Assembly: GCF_006345805.1 (NCBI RefSeq)
Contig: NC_043001.1
Span: forward strand, 68,324,001 to 68,388,000
Origin: Octopus sinensis
Taxonomy: Eukaryota
Direction: 5' to 3'
DNA length: 64,000 nt
In this document: positions 39,061 through 53,230 of the stretch, piece after piece
Layout of the letters: every line of letters starts with the position of its first letter
Position numbering within the stretch: the first letter of the stretch is position 1
The notes under the pieces: model-generated
What the model was told of the DNA's origin: nothing
Seen by the model: the letters and a program-made list of their open reading frames with translations, nothing else
The model's database searches: none
Position numbers and translations under genes: made by a program

Positions 39061-39702
39061 ATATATGCACATACTCATTCATGCACTCACGCACGCATAC
39101 ACATATACGACGGAGTTGTATCTACATATAAATCTATATGTATGTAGACGCAGAATGGAGGTAAAGTGATGCAGAAACGTTACCCTCCTTATTTTCATTA
39201 CCGTCATATCTAGCATCATCATCATAATCACCAACATCCTCCCAACCCCCATCACCACTGCCGCCACCGACAGCCCCACCCCCACCCCCACCACTACCAC
39301 CACCACCACCTCCTCTCTCCATTCTCTTCGCTCTCCTTCTTCCTCTCCCACTCTCCCCTCACCCTCTTTCCTCTCCCCTTCATCTCCTACTCCTCTTGCT
39401 CCCCTCTCCCTTGCTCCCCTCTCCCTTCCTCCCTTTCCTCCCCTCCACTTCATCCCTTCCCATCTCCTTCCAATCCCCTCTCCCCTTCCTCACTCCATCC
39501 CTCCTCTCCCACCTTCTCCTCTTCCCTCCTACTCTTCTCCCCTCCTCTTCTCTCCTCCTCTTCCCTCTCCCGCTCTCATCTTTCTCCCCGTCTTTATCAT
39601 TATCATCAGGTGATACATAGCCATAAGCATTGCGAGAAACTTGTTTAACAGAAAAAATTATGTTCATATTTTGGCAAAGATTTATAAATTGTTTTGTTGT
39701 TG

Positions 39703-39778
<76 letters not shown>

Positions 39779-40604
39779 ATAACTATTCCATTAATATGTG
39801 TATCATAATGCGAATTATCTTTGCTTATGATTATTTCGACTTCGTACATTCGCTGTTAAATAGATTCGACTTCATCATAAATCCATTTTTATGAAATATG
39901 TTTTTTTTATATACTTTGGAATGAAGAGTATTATAATGAAATTACTTATTCGGAGTTAAAGATCTAAATTTTTTTTACATTTTCTAATTTTCATATTAAG
40001 AACTCGGTTTAATAATTATAGTATCATCGTAATTTACATATTCTTTTCGTTTTAAGATTCCACAGAATATACAACAAATAGTGATTCTAATATTTTTGAG
40101 CAACAATGCCAGTCCCATACTTTTAAGGTTTATTATGACATTCCGTAACCCTTTTGAGCGTACGCATTTTTCAATTGTAGTTTATTTATTGAAGGTCCTA
40201 ACGAGCAAACCATTAAAAAAGTATACGTTATTCAATTGACATTGTAATTTTTATATCGAGAATAATCAAGCGAAATACCATCATCATTGTCATTTAACTC
40301 ATTGAACTGAAACCAGTTTCATAAATTCCAGTGCACGAAACTCGACATTTGAGTCACTCTGTATTGCTAATAAATAGAAACGTATATATACTCTCAATTG
40401 CTAATAAATAGAAACGTATATATACTCTCAATTGCTAATAAATAGAAACGTATATATACTCTTGTTTTGAGTTATATTTACCTATTTACATTACGTATAT
40501 GTATGTATGCATTTATATATGTATGTATGTATGTATGTATGTAGTATGTATGTATGTATGTAGTATGTATGCATGTATGTATGTAGATAGGTACGTATCT
40601 ATGT

Positions 40605-41285
40605 ATGTCATTATTCAGTTTTATTTCAAGATTTCTTGCCAATAGAGAAAGAACCGGTTTCTAACCTAGATCTAAGGCTCCTTCATTGGAACTTCAACTA
40701 CATCAACAAGATATTTTTGTATGTATTTATGTTTGTATATGTGCAGATTTGCACGTTTTGCTTTATGTATGTATTCTTATGCATAGAATTGTATATCTAG
40801 ATATGCTCATATATACTTAAATGATAAATTTCTGGGAAGTTTTAAAGATTTTTACAGTTCCAGTAATGGATTGGATCTGTAGTCTTTCTCCTTTCTGGTT
40901 TTGAGAAGTCTAATTTCTCAAGATTAGTGTTTAGGCATTGTTACATATCCCAGTGCCCCGATAATAATAGGTATAAACCCGAACTTGTAATCTGGATAGA
41001 GTAACTGCAAATTTCTCAATAATTCAGCATAGGTATTTTCTTCTTCACTGATCTTTTAGTCTTATGTTAACAACCGCGGGACAGCTGGTTTCTACAGCTG
41101 TGGGTTCTTAATTCTTTTTCTTCAAGGTTATCCTACCGACAGATACAACAACATGTCTCATCGGTAGATAATACCATGACGACAGTTTCGGACAATTGCT
41201 TATGATGCGGGTGTTATCATCGGTGTTAACTCCACAAGTCTGCGTCGGTTGTCAAACAGAGATATACACATGCCTGTTTCTGTCA
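40605..41285 (-). mobile_element. R4-like RLE LINE 3' fragment inserted in (CATA)n
   Basis: The minus strand gives a CCHC-knuckle remnant (RIISNCPKLSSWYYLPMRH) and ELLRNLQLLYPDYKFGFIPIIIGALGYV. It is homologous to 21545-22110. Confidence 0.75.
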
Positions 41286-41298
41286 CTATATATGTATA

Positions 41299-41732
41299 CG
41301 AGTAAAACGCCCCCGTCCAATGGACGGTGCTGAGTTGTCAAACATTTAAACCAAATTTTCCCAAAACAACTTGTCCGACCGTTCCATAGGCCTCTCCTTT
41401 GAGAAACACTGATTTAAGCCACCGGCAAAAGTAGAAATAAAGATAGATTTTTTGTTTTCCAAAGAAAAACGATTTTATTCACACAAATATGCAACCGAAG
41501 AGTTTAAAGTACCAGTAAGTACATCGCAACAGCTGATGTACTTGCGCGTACAAATGCACGTTCCCACGGCTTTATCGATTGCATTCTCACCTGGAATCGA
41601 TTTTTGTAATTTTTTCAAGACTTATACACGCCCTGATACCGTCGATATCTACATATCAAATTTGAGCGCAATCGGATGGAGGATGCCCGAGATCTTAGAA
41701 GACACACAGACAGATAGAACAGATTTTATATA
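41299..41732 (-). mobile_element. Non-autonomous Helitron-like element, copy 2, with about 180-bp internal deletion
   Basis: Reverse complement of 766-1382 lacking about 970-1147. It has the same hairpin and CTCG|T end. Confidence 0.65.
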
Positions 41733-41739
41733 ATAGCTA

Positions 41740-43375
41740 TATCCTACACTTGTCTTTTGTTTTCTGTGGGGTAACCACGTGTGCGGATAATATATATATT
41801 ATACGCGCACGTGGTTACCCCAGTGTGATCCTGCCTGACTGAACTTCCTACTCTCTTGGGATTCCATCTTAACTACTTCCCGAACTTTCAGTACCTCTTC
41901 TCATCCACATAACCAGCAATCCATCCGGATTACCAATGGAACTTTGGACTCTTTCGAACTCTATCTCTACGGGTCTTACTGGCTATTTTTGTTGATGTAA
42001 ATCTCTCTAATCTACCACGACTTTCGAACTTTCTGAACGTTCTGAACTTTTAAACTCCGTACGTGAATAACTTTGCCATTTCCTCATCATTTTAACTTTT
42101 TCTCTTTCTCTTTCTCTCACTTTTTTCGCCTTTTTCCAGCAAACCTAATTATAAATCCTTCCTCCTCCACCTTCAGCATCGCCTAAAAAAGCCACCATAC
42201 CACGCTTCCTTTCCGCTGCTTTCAAACTTCTATTAATGTTTTTCTACTGATTGAAAAAAGAACACGCTTCTGAAGTCACGTTTCATTTCTCAGTCGCTGC
42301 CCCCACCACCTCCTTACCCACAAAGATTTCCGCCTCCATTTCCAACCTATTTTTCATTCTGCCTCTTCCACCTTACCCATACTCTGCACCACTTTCTGCC
42401 GACTTATGCGTGCCATCATTCGTTTCAATCTCTCCAAAATACACACCCTCGACTGCCTTCTCCCTCTCGCTTATTCCACCTTTTTTCTTGCTGCTCACCA
42501 TTCATTGCACATTCCACCTTACGCTTTATCGTTCATCTAAACTACCTTTTCCACGACTTTCTCGCTCGCACTAAACGATATAAACTCCACTCACTCTTTC
42601 AACCCGTACCACCCGATGCCACAACATCCACCCTTCCCTATCTCTCCTCGATCCACTCCTCCATCATCCTCACTCCCACCCTTTCATTACTCCAGCTCAC
42701 CCACACGTCACTTCCTCCTCTCTCTACTTCCAGCATCCCACTGCCTCCCCTCCCCATCTAGCCCCCTTAAACCCCACTTCAGTCTGTTGTTACCATTACT
42801 CCTGATCTCCCTCTCTCTGAAGTGGAGCGCTCTCTTCTCAGTAAGGGTATATGCTTCATCTCTCTCACTCCATCCAGTAACGAGTTTCAGACTTGAGCTA
42901 ATATCCAATACTTTGTGCGCCGCGTCAGACTACGTACACTATTCCACAACACTCCACCTGCATCTGATTAAGAAGACTGCTTCATCGACCTGGGCCGCCA
43001 ACCATCCCACTGGACGCCAGTTCCTGGCCAGTTCCAAGCAGTTGATCAATTTGCAAGCATCTGTCAACGTTTTGTGGACCGACTTTACTTTCGTAGGTGT
43101 CCCCGACATTTCAGCATCTTCCGGCCGGACCATCGGCCCTTCCATGTCTCCAATACTACAAAGATATCGTCATTAAACTGGTCGACAAGGATGGAGCTTT
43201 AGTAATGTGACGCGCAGACCTTTACAAGGTTGAAACTCTCCATCAAGTTCAAGGCACCTCTCATTGCCCTCTGCTCTCCAACCACACACCTAACTACCAA
43301 TAGACTGTGTTCTTCACTATTCATTACCTCATTTCCGACACCTGTCTACATCTTTTGTTTTCTGTTGATTTAAAC

Positions 43376-43378
<3 letters not shown>
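41740..43378 (+). mobile_element. Internally deleted Penelope-like element with 5' palindrome
   Basis: Remnant motifs SEVERSLLSKGICF, HWTPVPGQFQAVDQF and DIVIKLVDKDGALVM*RADLY (compare IKPADKGGAVVVW). A palindrome lies at 41768-41821, and the 3'-tail motif is repeated upstream. Confidence 0.72.
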
Positions 43379-43437
<59 letters not shown>

Positions 43438-43522
43438 AGGTTGAAAAGGAACACACGAGTTGCTATGTATAAGGAACATAAGACAAGAGAGAAAATGCTA
43501 AAATAATTTCATCATGAAAACC

Positions 43523-43566
43523 ATTTCACTACCGGTTTCACTCTTTGCGACTTTTTCAAATGAGAT
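43523..43566 (-). ncRNA. Degenerate hammerhead
   Basis: Reverse complement: ATCTCAT-TTGAAAA-AGTC-GCAAA-GAGT-GAAA-CCGG-TA^GTGAAAT. The core is mutated. Confidence 0.4.
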
Positions 43567-43836
43567 TAAAGTATGAAAAACAATTAAATTGTGGAAAAAT
43601 GAAATTAAATAATCTTTTAAAATATTTCCATTGTTTTCAAATACAAAGGATATTTTCCTTTTTTCTGTCTGTTTCTCTCCCTTCTTTTTACTCTTGTGAA
43701 GGCTTGGTAGCAGGTAGTAGGTAGTAGCAGTTCTAAAAGAATATTTGATATGACTTCTTGGTTTTGATTGTTTCAGCAGAAGTAGTAGACGAGGAAGAAG
43801 GCGGCGAAGAAGAAGAAGAAGAAGAAGAAGAAGAAG

Positions 43837-43867
<31 letters not shown>

Positions 43868-44444
43868 GACCTAAAAGTGACCTGTTGTGGTTGTAATAGC
43901 AGTGATTGGAATTGTTCTCAATAAATTCATGGGTAGTGACTGGGCTGAATACATCGTTTTTAATATTTGCGTTTGTATTATTCTAAGGCACTTGTAGTAG
44001 TGTCATTTGTGGTGGACGCATTCATTGCTAATGCGCTAACTACAAGTTGCATCGTCGCTGAGGTGAAAAATTCAGAAGCTGGGTTGTTCGTTAGTGCCGA
44101 AAATGTCGATGTGTTCGCTGAATGCTATTTTTCTGAATTCCCGAATTTTGATCTGAGATCTATGTAGAGCCATCTTTTGACGTAGACTATTTTTGGTTTG
44201 GCCTATGTATTGCTTTCAACACCCTGAGCAAAGGTATCGAGAGCAATAATTTCCAATATTTAACTAACATAAATTTATAAATTTTATATATTTTATGTCG
44301 ACACTGAAGAGATGTATTCATTTTCAGGGACGTTGACCTTTCTGACTTTTGCATTCCGTCCTGTTTGTTCTTGGTAGAAGTTTTGATGGGGATTCCCCAC
44401 CAATATACCTTGTGGTGAAATGAATGTATGGTGGTATTCCATCA

Positions 44445-44523
<79 letters not shown>

Positions 44524-44685
44524 AAAAGCTCTACCTTGTAATTTGTTCTATCTGTGTGCAGCCCTGTGTGGCTAATAAAGAAACATATCTATCTATCTAT
44601 CTATCTGTCTGTCTGTCTATCTATTTATCCATCTGTCTATCCATCCATCCATCCATCCATCCATCCATCCATCCATCCATCCATC

Positions 44686-44793
<108 letters not shown>

Positions 44794-44859
44794 GCCTGCC
44801 TGTCTGCCTGTCTGTTTGTCTGTCTGACTGTTTATCTATCTTTTTATCTATGTATCTAT

Positions 44860-44899
<40 letters not shown>

Positions 44900-44962
44900 G
44901 TAAATATGTATATATGTATCAATCTATTCCCTTTCAGTCTCTTTCCCTCACACACACGCACG

Positions 44963-44994
<32 letters not shown>

Positions 44995-45412
44995 TACAGG
45001 CGCGCGCACACACAAGAGAGTGGTAAATGAGAGAAAGAACAGGCAAAGTCTACGAAAAGCAAGGAACTGGTTCATTGAATTAATGAACGAACATCTTTCT
45101 TCTTTTAAAGTGGAAATGGCTCGTATTGATTAGCAGATGGCTGGCATTGATGCTATATTAGATATAGTCTACTAACGTCCTTACTGCTTCTTTTGTTATT
45201 TAAAGGAGTAGTAAAGACACTGCAGGCAGAAGGTGAGCTCGCAAATTAAATATTGTAAAGTATGCAGTCAGGTATTTTGCAGTTTTTTACAGTTGGAGAT
45301 GGTGGTATCATCATCCTCATTATTGTAGTTGGCGTCGTCGTCGTCGTCGTCGTCCATGTAATGGATGTTGATAGAGGTGGCTTTAAATAAACCTACCATT
45401 ACCTGTAGCATC

Positions 45413-45453
45413 GCCGCCGCCGCCGCCACCGCCGCCGCCGCCGCCACCGCCGC

Positions 45454-45484
<31 letters not shown>

Positions 45485-45627
45485 ACCGCCGCCGCCGCCG
45501 CCACCGCCGCCGCCGCCGCCACCGCCGCCGCCGCCGCCACCGCCACCGCCGCTGCCACCGCCGCCGCCACCGCCGCCGCCACCGCCACCACCACCACCAC
45601 CACCACCACCACCACCACCACCATCAC
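45413..45627. repeat. (GCC/ACC)n trinucleotide array
   Basis: Direct reading of the sequence. Confidence 0.95.
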
Positions 45628-46439
45628 CAGTATGCATGGGTGACTGCTGGACTTCCATAATAACCTTCCCCAGAAATGTGCCTCAGAAGAGAACTGTCTA
45701 TGTGCAATCCCATGACCAAATAGATTCTTTATCATCGTCATCACTACTAGCACCATTACCGTGGCTACCATGGCCACCACACCCATTATTACCACCATTA
45801 TCACTACTATTACCGCCAACCCTCCCACCACCATTACCATCATTACCCTCACCACTACCATCACAACTATTACCACCACCTCCACCACAATGCTACCACC
45901 ATTATCATCACTTTATCCAGTCAATGAGACTGAGCTTCTCTGCAGTTGCACAAATTGTGAGAAATAGAAAACAAATGCCATCAAAACTACCCTAACATAT
46001 TTTTTTAAAAAATGCAAGGCAGAACACCTTACCGAAAAGAGAGAATGATTATTGGTGGAACAAGTTTAAAGAAATCGACGTGACTCTACTCCAAACAAAT
46101 AATAAATAAGATAAAAATAAAAAGTAAAAATGTAAAGTAAAATAAAATATAATAAAAGGACAACCGTCACCCAAACATAGTGAGAACCCGAAACTGGTAT
46201 ATTTAGATTTACATGAAATGAAACGTAGAATTGATTTTGGTAGAATTTGACTTGACTATGCTTACAAAAGCAAAATAAATTGTCTGAAGTTGGTAACTGA
46301 ATACCTTTATCATTTCTAGAATAGACTGAACGATGTAGTCATGTGACATTTCTGTTTTACTCAATAGAAATATGGACCTTAACGAAGTAAAATGTCTTCT
46401 CCAGATAATTGGTAGGCCATAATTTTTGTCATGAAGATC

Positions 46440-47225
46440 ATTATTGAAATTAGCTTCTGTACCTTCTTGGCAGTATGGCTGGGAGCACTATCCTGGGTCC
46501 ACACATAGGCGCCCTCTGGGTAGTTGGCCTTAGGCCTTGGCAAAACATTGTACCTCAGCATCTTGAAGTAGGCGTTAGCGCCCACCTCTTCTCCGGGTTT
46601 GTAGAAGTAGATCAGCATATTTATTCTGTCGGAGACCACAACACCGAAGGGTATGACCTGGACTGGACGTTTTGTTCTGAGGGTGTCCCGGACATCAGCC
46701 ATTGGTTCCGCCATTGGTTCCTTTTGCACCTCTCCAGTCTCCTGGCCTTCATAGGTTCTGTCAGCAGGTGTTTCGGTGTCCTGGTGTAGTACATAAAGCC
46801 TACTTCATGTTCAGAAGGCAGTTTCCACATGGATGTGGTTGGGTCCGTTGAAAGTTTGGACTTGAGGGTGTTGATGAAACCTTGATTCTGCTCCTTGTTT
46901 GTCCCATCGCTGCCAAACTTCCTCTGAATGCCGTTGACTATGTTCATTCTCTTGATATAAATTGTGCGTAAAGATGCTCCGATTATGCTTGAAATCCTCT
47001 TCGGATCGACTTGTGCACGGACCAAATCACATATTCTTTGGCGTTTGTCTTCCTGCGCAATTAAATTCTCTAATATTCTTGCAAAAAGAAAAAGAGTTTG
47101 TTGTTAGTTGACAATGTATCTTTATTCTGCAAATGTATTCTTTGTTAGGTTTCATATAATTTGGTATAGTAGTTGCTGAGGAAAATTAGTGTAACTTTTA
47201 ATGCAAGTTTTACTTCCTCACCCTG
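46440..47225 (-). mobile_element. Truncated Tc1/mariner (maT/DD37D-like) transposon
   Basis: The left end reads TA|cagggtgaggaagtaaaact on the minus strand. It has an HTH-like ORF (46621-47025) and YVWTQDSAPSHTAKKVQ. Confidence 0.72.
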
Positions 47226-47407
47226 TATCTAATTTGTTTTTCCGCATAATTGCTTCTATACCCACTCAACTTGATCTCTCTTATAGCCTTTCTTTATCTT
47301 GTGGAATGATCTCCTGTAAAGACATTAGAGTCTAAGCTTGAATATTTTGAGTACTAATAAGTGTATTCTATACAGAGATTCTCTGGATCTCATCTGTGAA
47401 CTATGTC

Positions 47408-47450
<43 letters not shown>

Positions 47451-47459
47451 TGTGTGTGT

Positions 47460-47660
47460 GTGTGTGTGTTTGTCCCTCACCACTGATTGTCAAGCGATGT
47501 TGGTGTGTTTACGTCCCCGTAAGTTAGCAGTTCGGCAAAAGATATCGATAGAATATATACCAAGTTAAAAAAAAAAGTATTGGGGTTGAATCATTCATTT
47601 GACTAAAAATTCTTCAAGGCGTTGCCCCAGCATAGCCGCAGTCAAATGACTGAAACAAGT
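47460..47660 (+). mobile_element. SINE family B, 3' half
   Basis: tgttggtgtgtttacgtccccgtaa.ttagc...gccccagcat.gccgcagtc. Confidence 0.7.
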
Positions 47661-48302
47661 TGCAGAAGTATTGGTGAAAAATGCTGAAATGAAGATTTGG
47701 TGCACAAAGAGCTGACATATTGTATTGTGTGCACTCCTATTCACAATAACTAATACTAGAGTTTTACTCTTATCCTAAATAATGAGGAATGAGCAGCTTG
47801 GATGGAACAGATTAAACTGAATATATTTCATTTGAGTGATGAACCACCAAAAATAAAATTGATTCGGAAGAGATTTTGATCGCAAACCGTGAGGCAACGA
47901 ACTAGATACAATAAATTATTAAAGTCAGTATTTTACTTTCCTTGCTCAGTTTACTTTCATTTTCACTTTACGTGAGAAGTCTTGTTCTATTATAACTCTT
48001 TGCTTATTACATTACGGACGTTAGCATTAACTTAAATATGAAGTTGGAGGATGTAATATGAAAGACTAACTAAATGAATATATAAATAAAGAAAAACAGA
48101 TGGTTCTGGATACATGAAAACAAACCTGTACATATTTTAAATATATCACAAAGATATAAAACAAAAATATCTACGAGAAGATAAACGGTTTATTTTAAGA
48201 ATTAATTTAAGAAACAATTAGTTTAAATACTTTCGCTCATTATGTCAAGTATCATTAAATATATATATATATGTGTGTGTATGTGTGTGTGTGTGTGTTT
48301 GC

Positions 48303-48347
<45 letters not shown>

Positions 48348-48914
48348 AATATACATACCTAAATGCACACCAATATATATATTCACAAATATGTGTGTAT
48401 GTATGTATGCTTGTATCGAGGTTGATGAGGAAACTACCAACAATTACCTCTCAGCTGAAGTAGAATTATGTTGATTTATAAAATACAAAGTGATTCAGTT
48501 TAGAAAGAGTTACAGATGATTTGTTAATAAATTGGAAGCAAATTCTTATGTATTCGTCTTCCAGAAGTTCTGATTGTTGCTAAATGTTTATTTAGGAAAG
48601 AATTAAAATTGAACGTTGTCCAAGTGAAAACCTTAAAAAAAAAAGAAAAGAAAATAGAAATTTGTAAATGAAGATCGGTGTTGACTTAATGCAGACAAAA
48701 TGTATGCTATTCGAAATTAAAGTGAAATTAAACAATATTCTTTTGTTTTAATAATACATTCCTTTAAAAATTCTCTCGGAATTAGCAATATTTGATAGAA
48801 TTTGTTTCTAAGAAAGAGACCAAAAAATGCAGTTAAAAAGAATCCAACCCTCTCACAAGCTTCTTTTTTGCTTCTTTTCAATAATTCCACGATCTGAGGC
48901 GGATCCTCTTTAGT

Positions 48915-49088
48915 ACACCGACCAAAATGCCTAGTGGAATTTTGTTAGTCTTTACATTCTGAGTTAAAATTCCGGCGATGTCAACTTTTCCTTTCATCCT
49001 TTCGGGATCGATAGCGTATGGAATCGATGTAATCGACATAACCCCTCCCGCGACATTGCTGGCTTTGTGACAAAATTTTAAACCAATG
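48915..49088 (+). mobile_element. SINE family A, degraded
   Basis: ttctgagttaaaattccggcgatgtcaacttttcctttcatcctttcggg. Confidence 0.65.
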
Positions 49089-49509
49089 TTTCCACGACCT
49101 CTATAACCATATACTCATACACTCATGCATCCACACATCCATATGTCAATAGTTGCTACTGTTGCTTCTGCTACATTCACCATGATTGTGCCAGCAAATA
49201 TGGATACCATTAGTGATGAAAATGCTTGTTAGACTGTAAGACTGACGTATTAAAAAGACGTGGAAATATGTGAATAGAATCGGTAGAGGAACAAATTCAA
49301 TGGTTTGTGGTATTTTACTAGACATCTTGTGTTCTGACTGTAAATATCACCAAAATTATCTTTGCATTTCGTCGTTCTGGTTAGATAAAATAAATAGCAG
49401 TTAAACACCGAGTCAATTAAATCGACCACGCCCCTTCCTGCCTGCCAAATTAGTTAATATAAAAGAGTGTTAGGGCTGGAATCGAGATATTAAGTTACTG
49501 TCCATTAGG

Positions 49510-49985
49510 ATGGTAACTTAATCTCTCGATGGCCTCAGTGAGCAGTTCAGCCTCCTGGCTCCGGATAGGGGCTGTTCTTCTCTGTGGTGGCCAATGCACC
49601 TCCATCAAGATTGAATAGATGAGTTTGTATTTTTCGAGTCAGCATAACCCTGATCTCTTCTATTTTCTTTTCCCACCCTACATCTTTCATAAAGCGCAGC
49701 TGCTTCTGAACTTTTTCTCTGAGGTTTTGGAACTTGACCCGTTTTGAGTCAGACTGCTTGCTAGCCACTTCCTGTGTGCAGCATACTTTTTTCAAAAAGT
49801 AAACTTTGAATTTCAGAATCATTGTCACCAAAGCAGTCCTAGTGATGTCTTTTGAGGGAATCTATTGTCACTTTGTAGGCGGTGCCAGCTTCATTTCTTA
49901 ATTTGGCCCAGTTTTCTTCTGACTCTCCACTGATGAAAGCAACTTGCTCTAGACGCCTTAAAAGTTCATCCTGAAGGTAGAGTTT
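49510..49985 (-). mobile_element. RTE-like LINE fragment
   Basis: ORF 49547-49831 contains KVQKQLRFMKDVGWEKK, and upstream ENWAKLRN resembles the RTE linker region. Confidence 0.55.
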
Positions 49986-50155
49986 TTAGGTTACTATCTT
50001 TTAAAAATAAATATATATAATTTTTTAATAAATATGTATAAAAAATATATATATAATATTACTTCCCAACCACATGGTTCCAGGTTCAGCGCCACGGCGT
50101 GGCACATTGTCTTCTATTATATCCTTTGCTAGACGGAAACTGACAGAAGCCCGTC

Positions 50156-50233
<78 letters not shown>

Positions 50234-50906
50234 AAGTGGAAATGGATGCGTCGCGTTCAATTAAATAATAAATAATAAATAATATATAATAGACAAGGAT
50301 GAGGGAAGGTGTTTTCTTCCTCTATACTTCTCTAATTCCATTTTTCTCCCCTCTTTCCTTCATCGTTTTCTATCTGTCTGTCTCTCTTCCGCTTTCTCTC
50401 TTTTTTCTCTCTCTCATTGCTCACACGTGACCATCGTCCACCTTCCTTTTCCTCACGTAACCATCTTTCATTTCCTGCACGGACGAGTTTCTCTCTCTCT
50501 CTTCTAGCTTTTCTCTTTTTAAAAAAATATTTCTCATAGCGTTCAAAGTTTTCCTCTCGTTCTGGTATAATGACCCTCCATGTTTGCTTTTGTTCGGTTT
50601 CCTTGTATGTCTCCACTGTCATTTTTTTGTTCTCAACTTTGACCCTCCATAAATTCTAAATTTTATATATATAATATTGAAGACTTATATATAATATTGA
50701 AGACTTCATATTGTCGTTGAATGCTCGAAATGAGGAGTAGATAGACAGTCGACAATATTGATGAAGGGTCCTTTCTCTGTGTTGACTTGTCCTGCTTTCC
50801 ACTTTCTTCGCGTTGTTTACGTATATCATTCGTTTTCCTCGTTTGTTTACGTATTTCATGTCATTTGTACCGTTGGTGACGTCCTGTACCCATATATGCT
50901 TGTATA

Positions 50907-50944
<38 letters not shown>

Positions 50945-50945
50945 T

Positions 50946-50976
<31 letters not shown>

Positions 50977-51056
50977 TATATATATATATATATAATATAT
51001 ATATATAATATATATATATATATATCTATATATATATATATACCTATATCTATCTC

Positions 51057-51162
<106 letters not shown>

Positions 51163-51177
51163 GTATCTATCTATCTA

Positions 51178-51305
<128 letters not shown>

Positions 51306-51314
51306 GTAGTAGTA

Positions 51315-51369
<55 letters not shown>

Positions 51370-51602
51370 TAATAATAATAGGGAATATGATTCGAAGCTT
51401 ACAGGGAAAATTCAGTTTTGCAATACTAAATCAAATTTCACAATATATAATATATGTATACAAATTAGAGAAAAACCACCATGTAGCAATTCAACAATTG
51501 ATATACTTCAATCATACCATACAGAAAAAAATTAAAGATACGATAAAATATTTACCTAGAACTAAATAAAGTAGAAATAATAAATAGTATATAATTAGTA
51601 AA

Positions 51603-51687
51603 TAGACTACACGTGTTTCGTGGGAATATTTTCAAAATGATAACAGTAAAATCAATTCAATTTAAATATAGTCACTCATCAGGCCCA
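51603..51687 (-). ncRNA. Type I hammerhead ribozyme with long stem II
   Basis: Reverse complement: TGGGC-CTGATGA-GTG...CAC-GAAA-CACGTG-TA^GTCTA, with palindromic ACACGTGT. The module 51380-51730 lies between (TAA)n and (TA)n. Confidence 0.8.
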
Positions 51688-51722
51688 AGATAAAAACAAT
51701 AAACTAATTAATAAATGTTATT

Positions 51723-51755
<33 letters not shown>

Positions 51756-51849
51756 CCTATTATCTTATAAGAAAATATAAGTATATTTTTTTTAACTCTT
51801 GAACGATAATCTTAACGATAATCTTGAAATCTACAAAGCATATTAGGGC

Positions 51850-52648
51850 TCTTGAATGAATTTCAATTTTCAAATAATGCCATAAATTTTCAATGGGGTT
51901 CATGTCAGGTGACTGACTTGGCCATTCTAATAATTTTATATTGTTATCTACAATCCATTTTTTTGGTAGACTTCACCATGTGCTTAGGATTGTTATCCTG
52001 TTCTAAAACCCACCCTTCACAAAGCTGGAGCTTATCTACAGAGTCCCATAAATCATTGTTCAAAATATTTTGGTACATCTCTGCATTCATTCTACTATCT
52101 ATCTCATGTAAATTGCCAGTACCATTTGCAAAGAAACACCCCCACACCATGATGTTGCCACCTCCAAACTTTACGGTAGGAATTGTGATTTTCAGCAAAT
52201 AGGGTGTACCATCTTTCCTCCGAACATGCCTACGCGAATTTCGTCGAAACAATTCAATTTTCGACTCGTCTGTCCATAGAACATTTTCCCAGAATGTATC
52301 AGATTTATCTTTACGTTCATAAACAAATTTTAAACAGGCATCTCTATGCCTTTTAGTCAACAGCAGAGTTTTTCTAGGAGAGCATGATTTCATTTCATTC
52401 CTATGAAGTTCATTGCTGATTGTTCATAGTGTAACACTAGTCCCTGAAGCTAACAAATCTTTTTTCACCCCAAAATATTTATACTTGTATATAACTTCAT
52501 TAGTTACTATAATTTATTAGTTTCTTTTGCATATTCTTAGTTTATGCCTGTGTATGCATATATAGAATTGGTATATCCTATTTATGTTCATCAGAAATTA
52601 AATAAATAAAGAATTTTGACATGTACTAATATTTATTTCCCCCCACTG
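51850..52648 (-). mobile_element. Truncated Tc1 transposon
   Basis: TIR TA|cagtggggggaaataaatatt on the minus strand. ORF 51944-52393 contains WTDESKIELF, PTVKFGGGNIMVWGCF and QDNNPKH. Confidence 0.88.
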
Positions 52649-52650
52649 TA

Positions 52651-53230
52651 TATCAACACAGCCTCCTGCCACCCATCTATCATGTTCAGAAGCTTGGTGA
52701 AAGGTGTCAGCAAGAGGAACTCGAATCTGTCATCTTGCCAAGAAATTTTCAAGCAGTGTCCTCCACCTACTAAACGAGGCTTTGGCTCCTTGTGGGTTTA
52801 AGGACCGCATCATCTACATGCCGGGCCCTAACACCCTCAGAAGGAAGTGCCACCGAAATATCGTTTGGTTTGCTCCCACTTTCTCCCTCAATGTAAAAAG
52901 GCATTTCCCTTAGGCTAGTAGACAAGCACTTTACACAATCACATAGGTACTGACGTCTGCTCAACAGACAACCTAAGAGACTCTTTTAGCTGCGCCCCCA
53001 AATTTAGAGCATTTTAGTTGATATCCATAGGGCACGAGCAGAGGTGGGATGCTCATGCAGGAACTACAACAGCTGCCCAGTGGGAGGCCAGTGCAAACCC
53101 AAAGGAATCGTATACGATGTTGAGGTGGTATCTGACCCTAATAGCAGCAGCAACTTTTCCAGCAGTTACGCCAGTAGCTTAAATAGCAGAAACACCATCG
53201 TTAATGATAAAGCTAATAATAAAAACTAGT
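52651..53230 (+). pseudogene. Penelope-like element (Naiad-like) RT thumb, linker and GIY-YIG start remnant
   Basis: YINTASCHPSIMFRSL...SNLSSCQEIF, RNIVWFAPTFSLNV, and CSCRNYNSCPVGGQC-KPKGIVY (CxC-x5-CP-x4-C followed by a GIY-like motif). Confidence 0.75.

Noticed and set aside
40362-40462. Three short direct repeats of about 34 bp (also a 41-bp duplication at 4551-4632)
   Set aside because: Head-to-tail slippage duplications with no spacers and no cas genes, so not CRISPR.
41160-41230. Two minus-strand CCGATGA boxes and a CGAAAC resembling a hammerhead
   Set aside because: Stem I does not pair, and the same bases translate as the R4-like zinc-knuckle region (IISNCPKLSSWYYLPMRH). The resemblance is coincidental.
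44290-44360. GACA-CTGAAGA-GATG...CATTCCG
   Set aside because: The GAAA box and stem III are absent. It is at best a deleted relic and is not called.
45268-45995. Poly-Ala, poly-Gly and poly-Thr ORFs
   Set aside because: Translations of (GCC)n and (ACC)n repeats.
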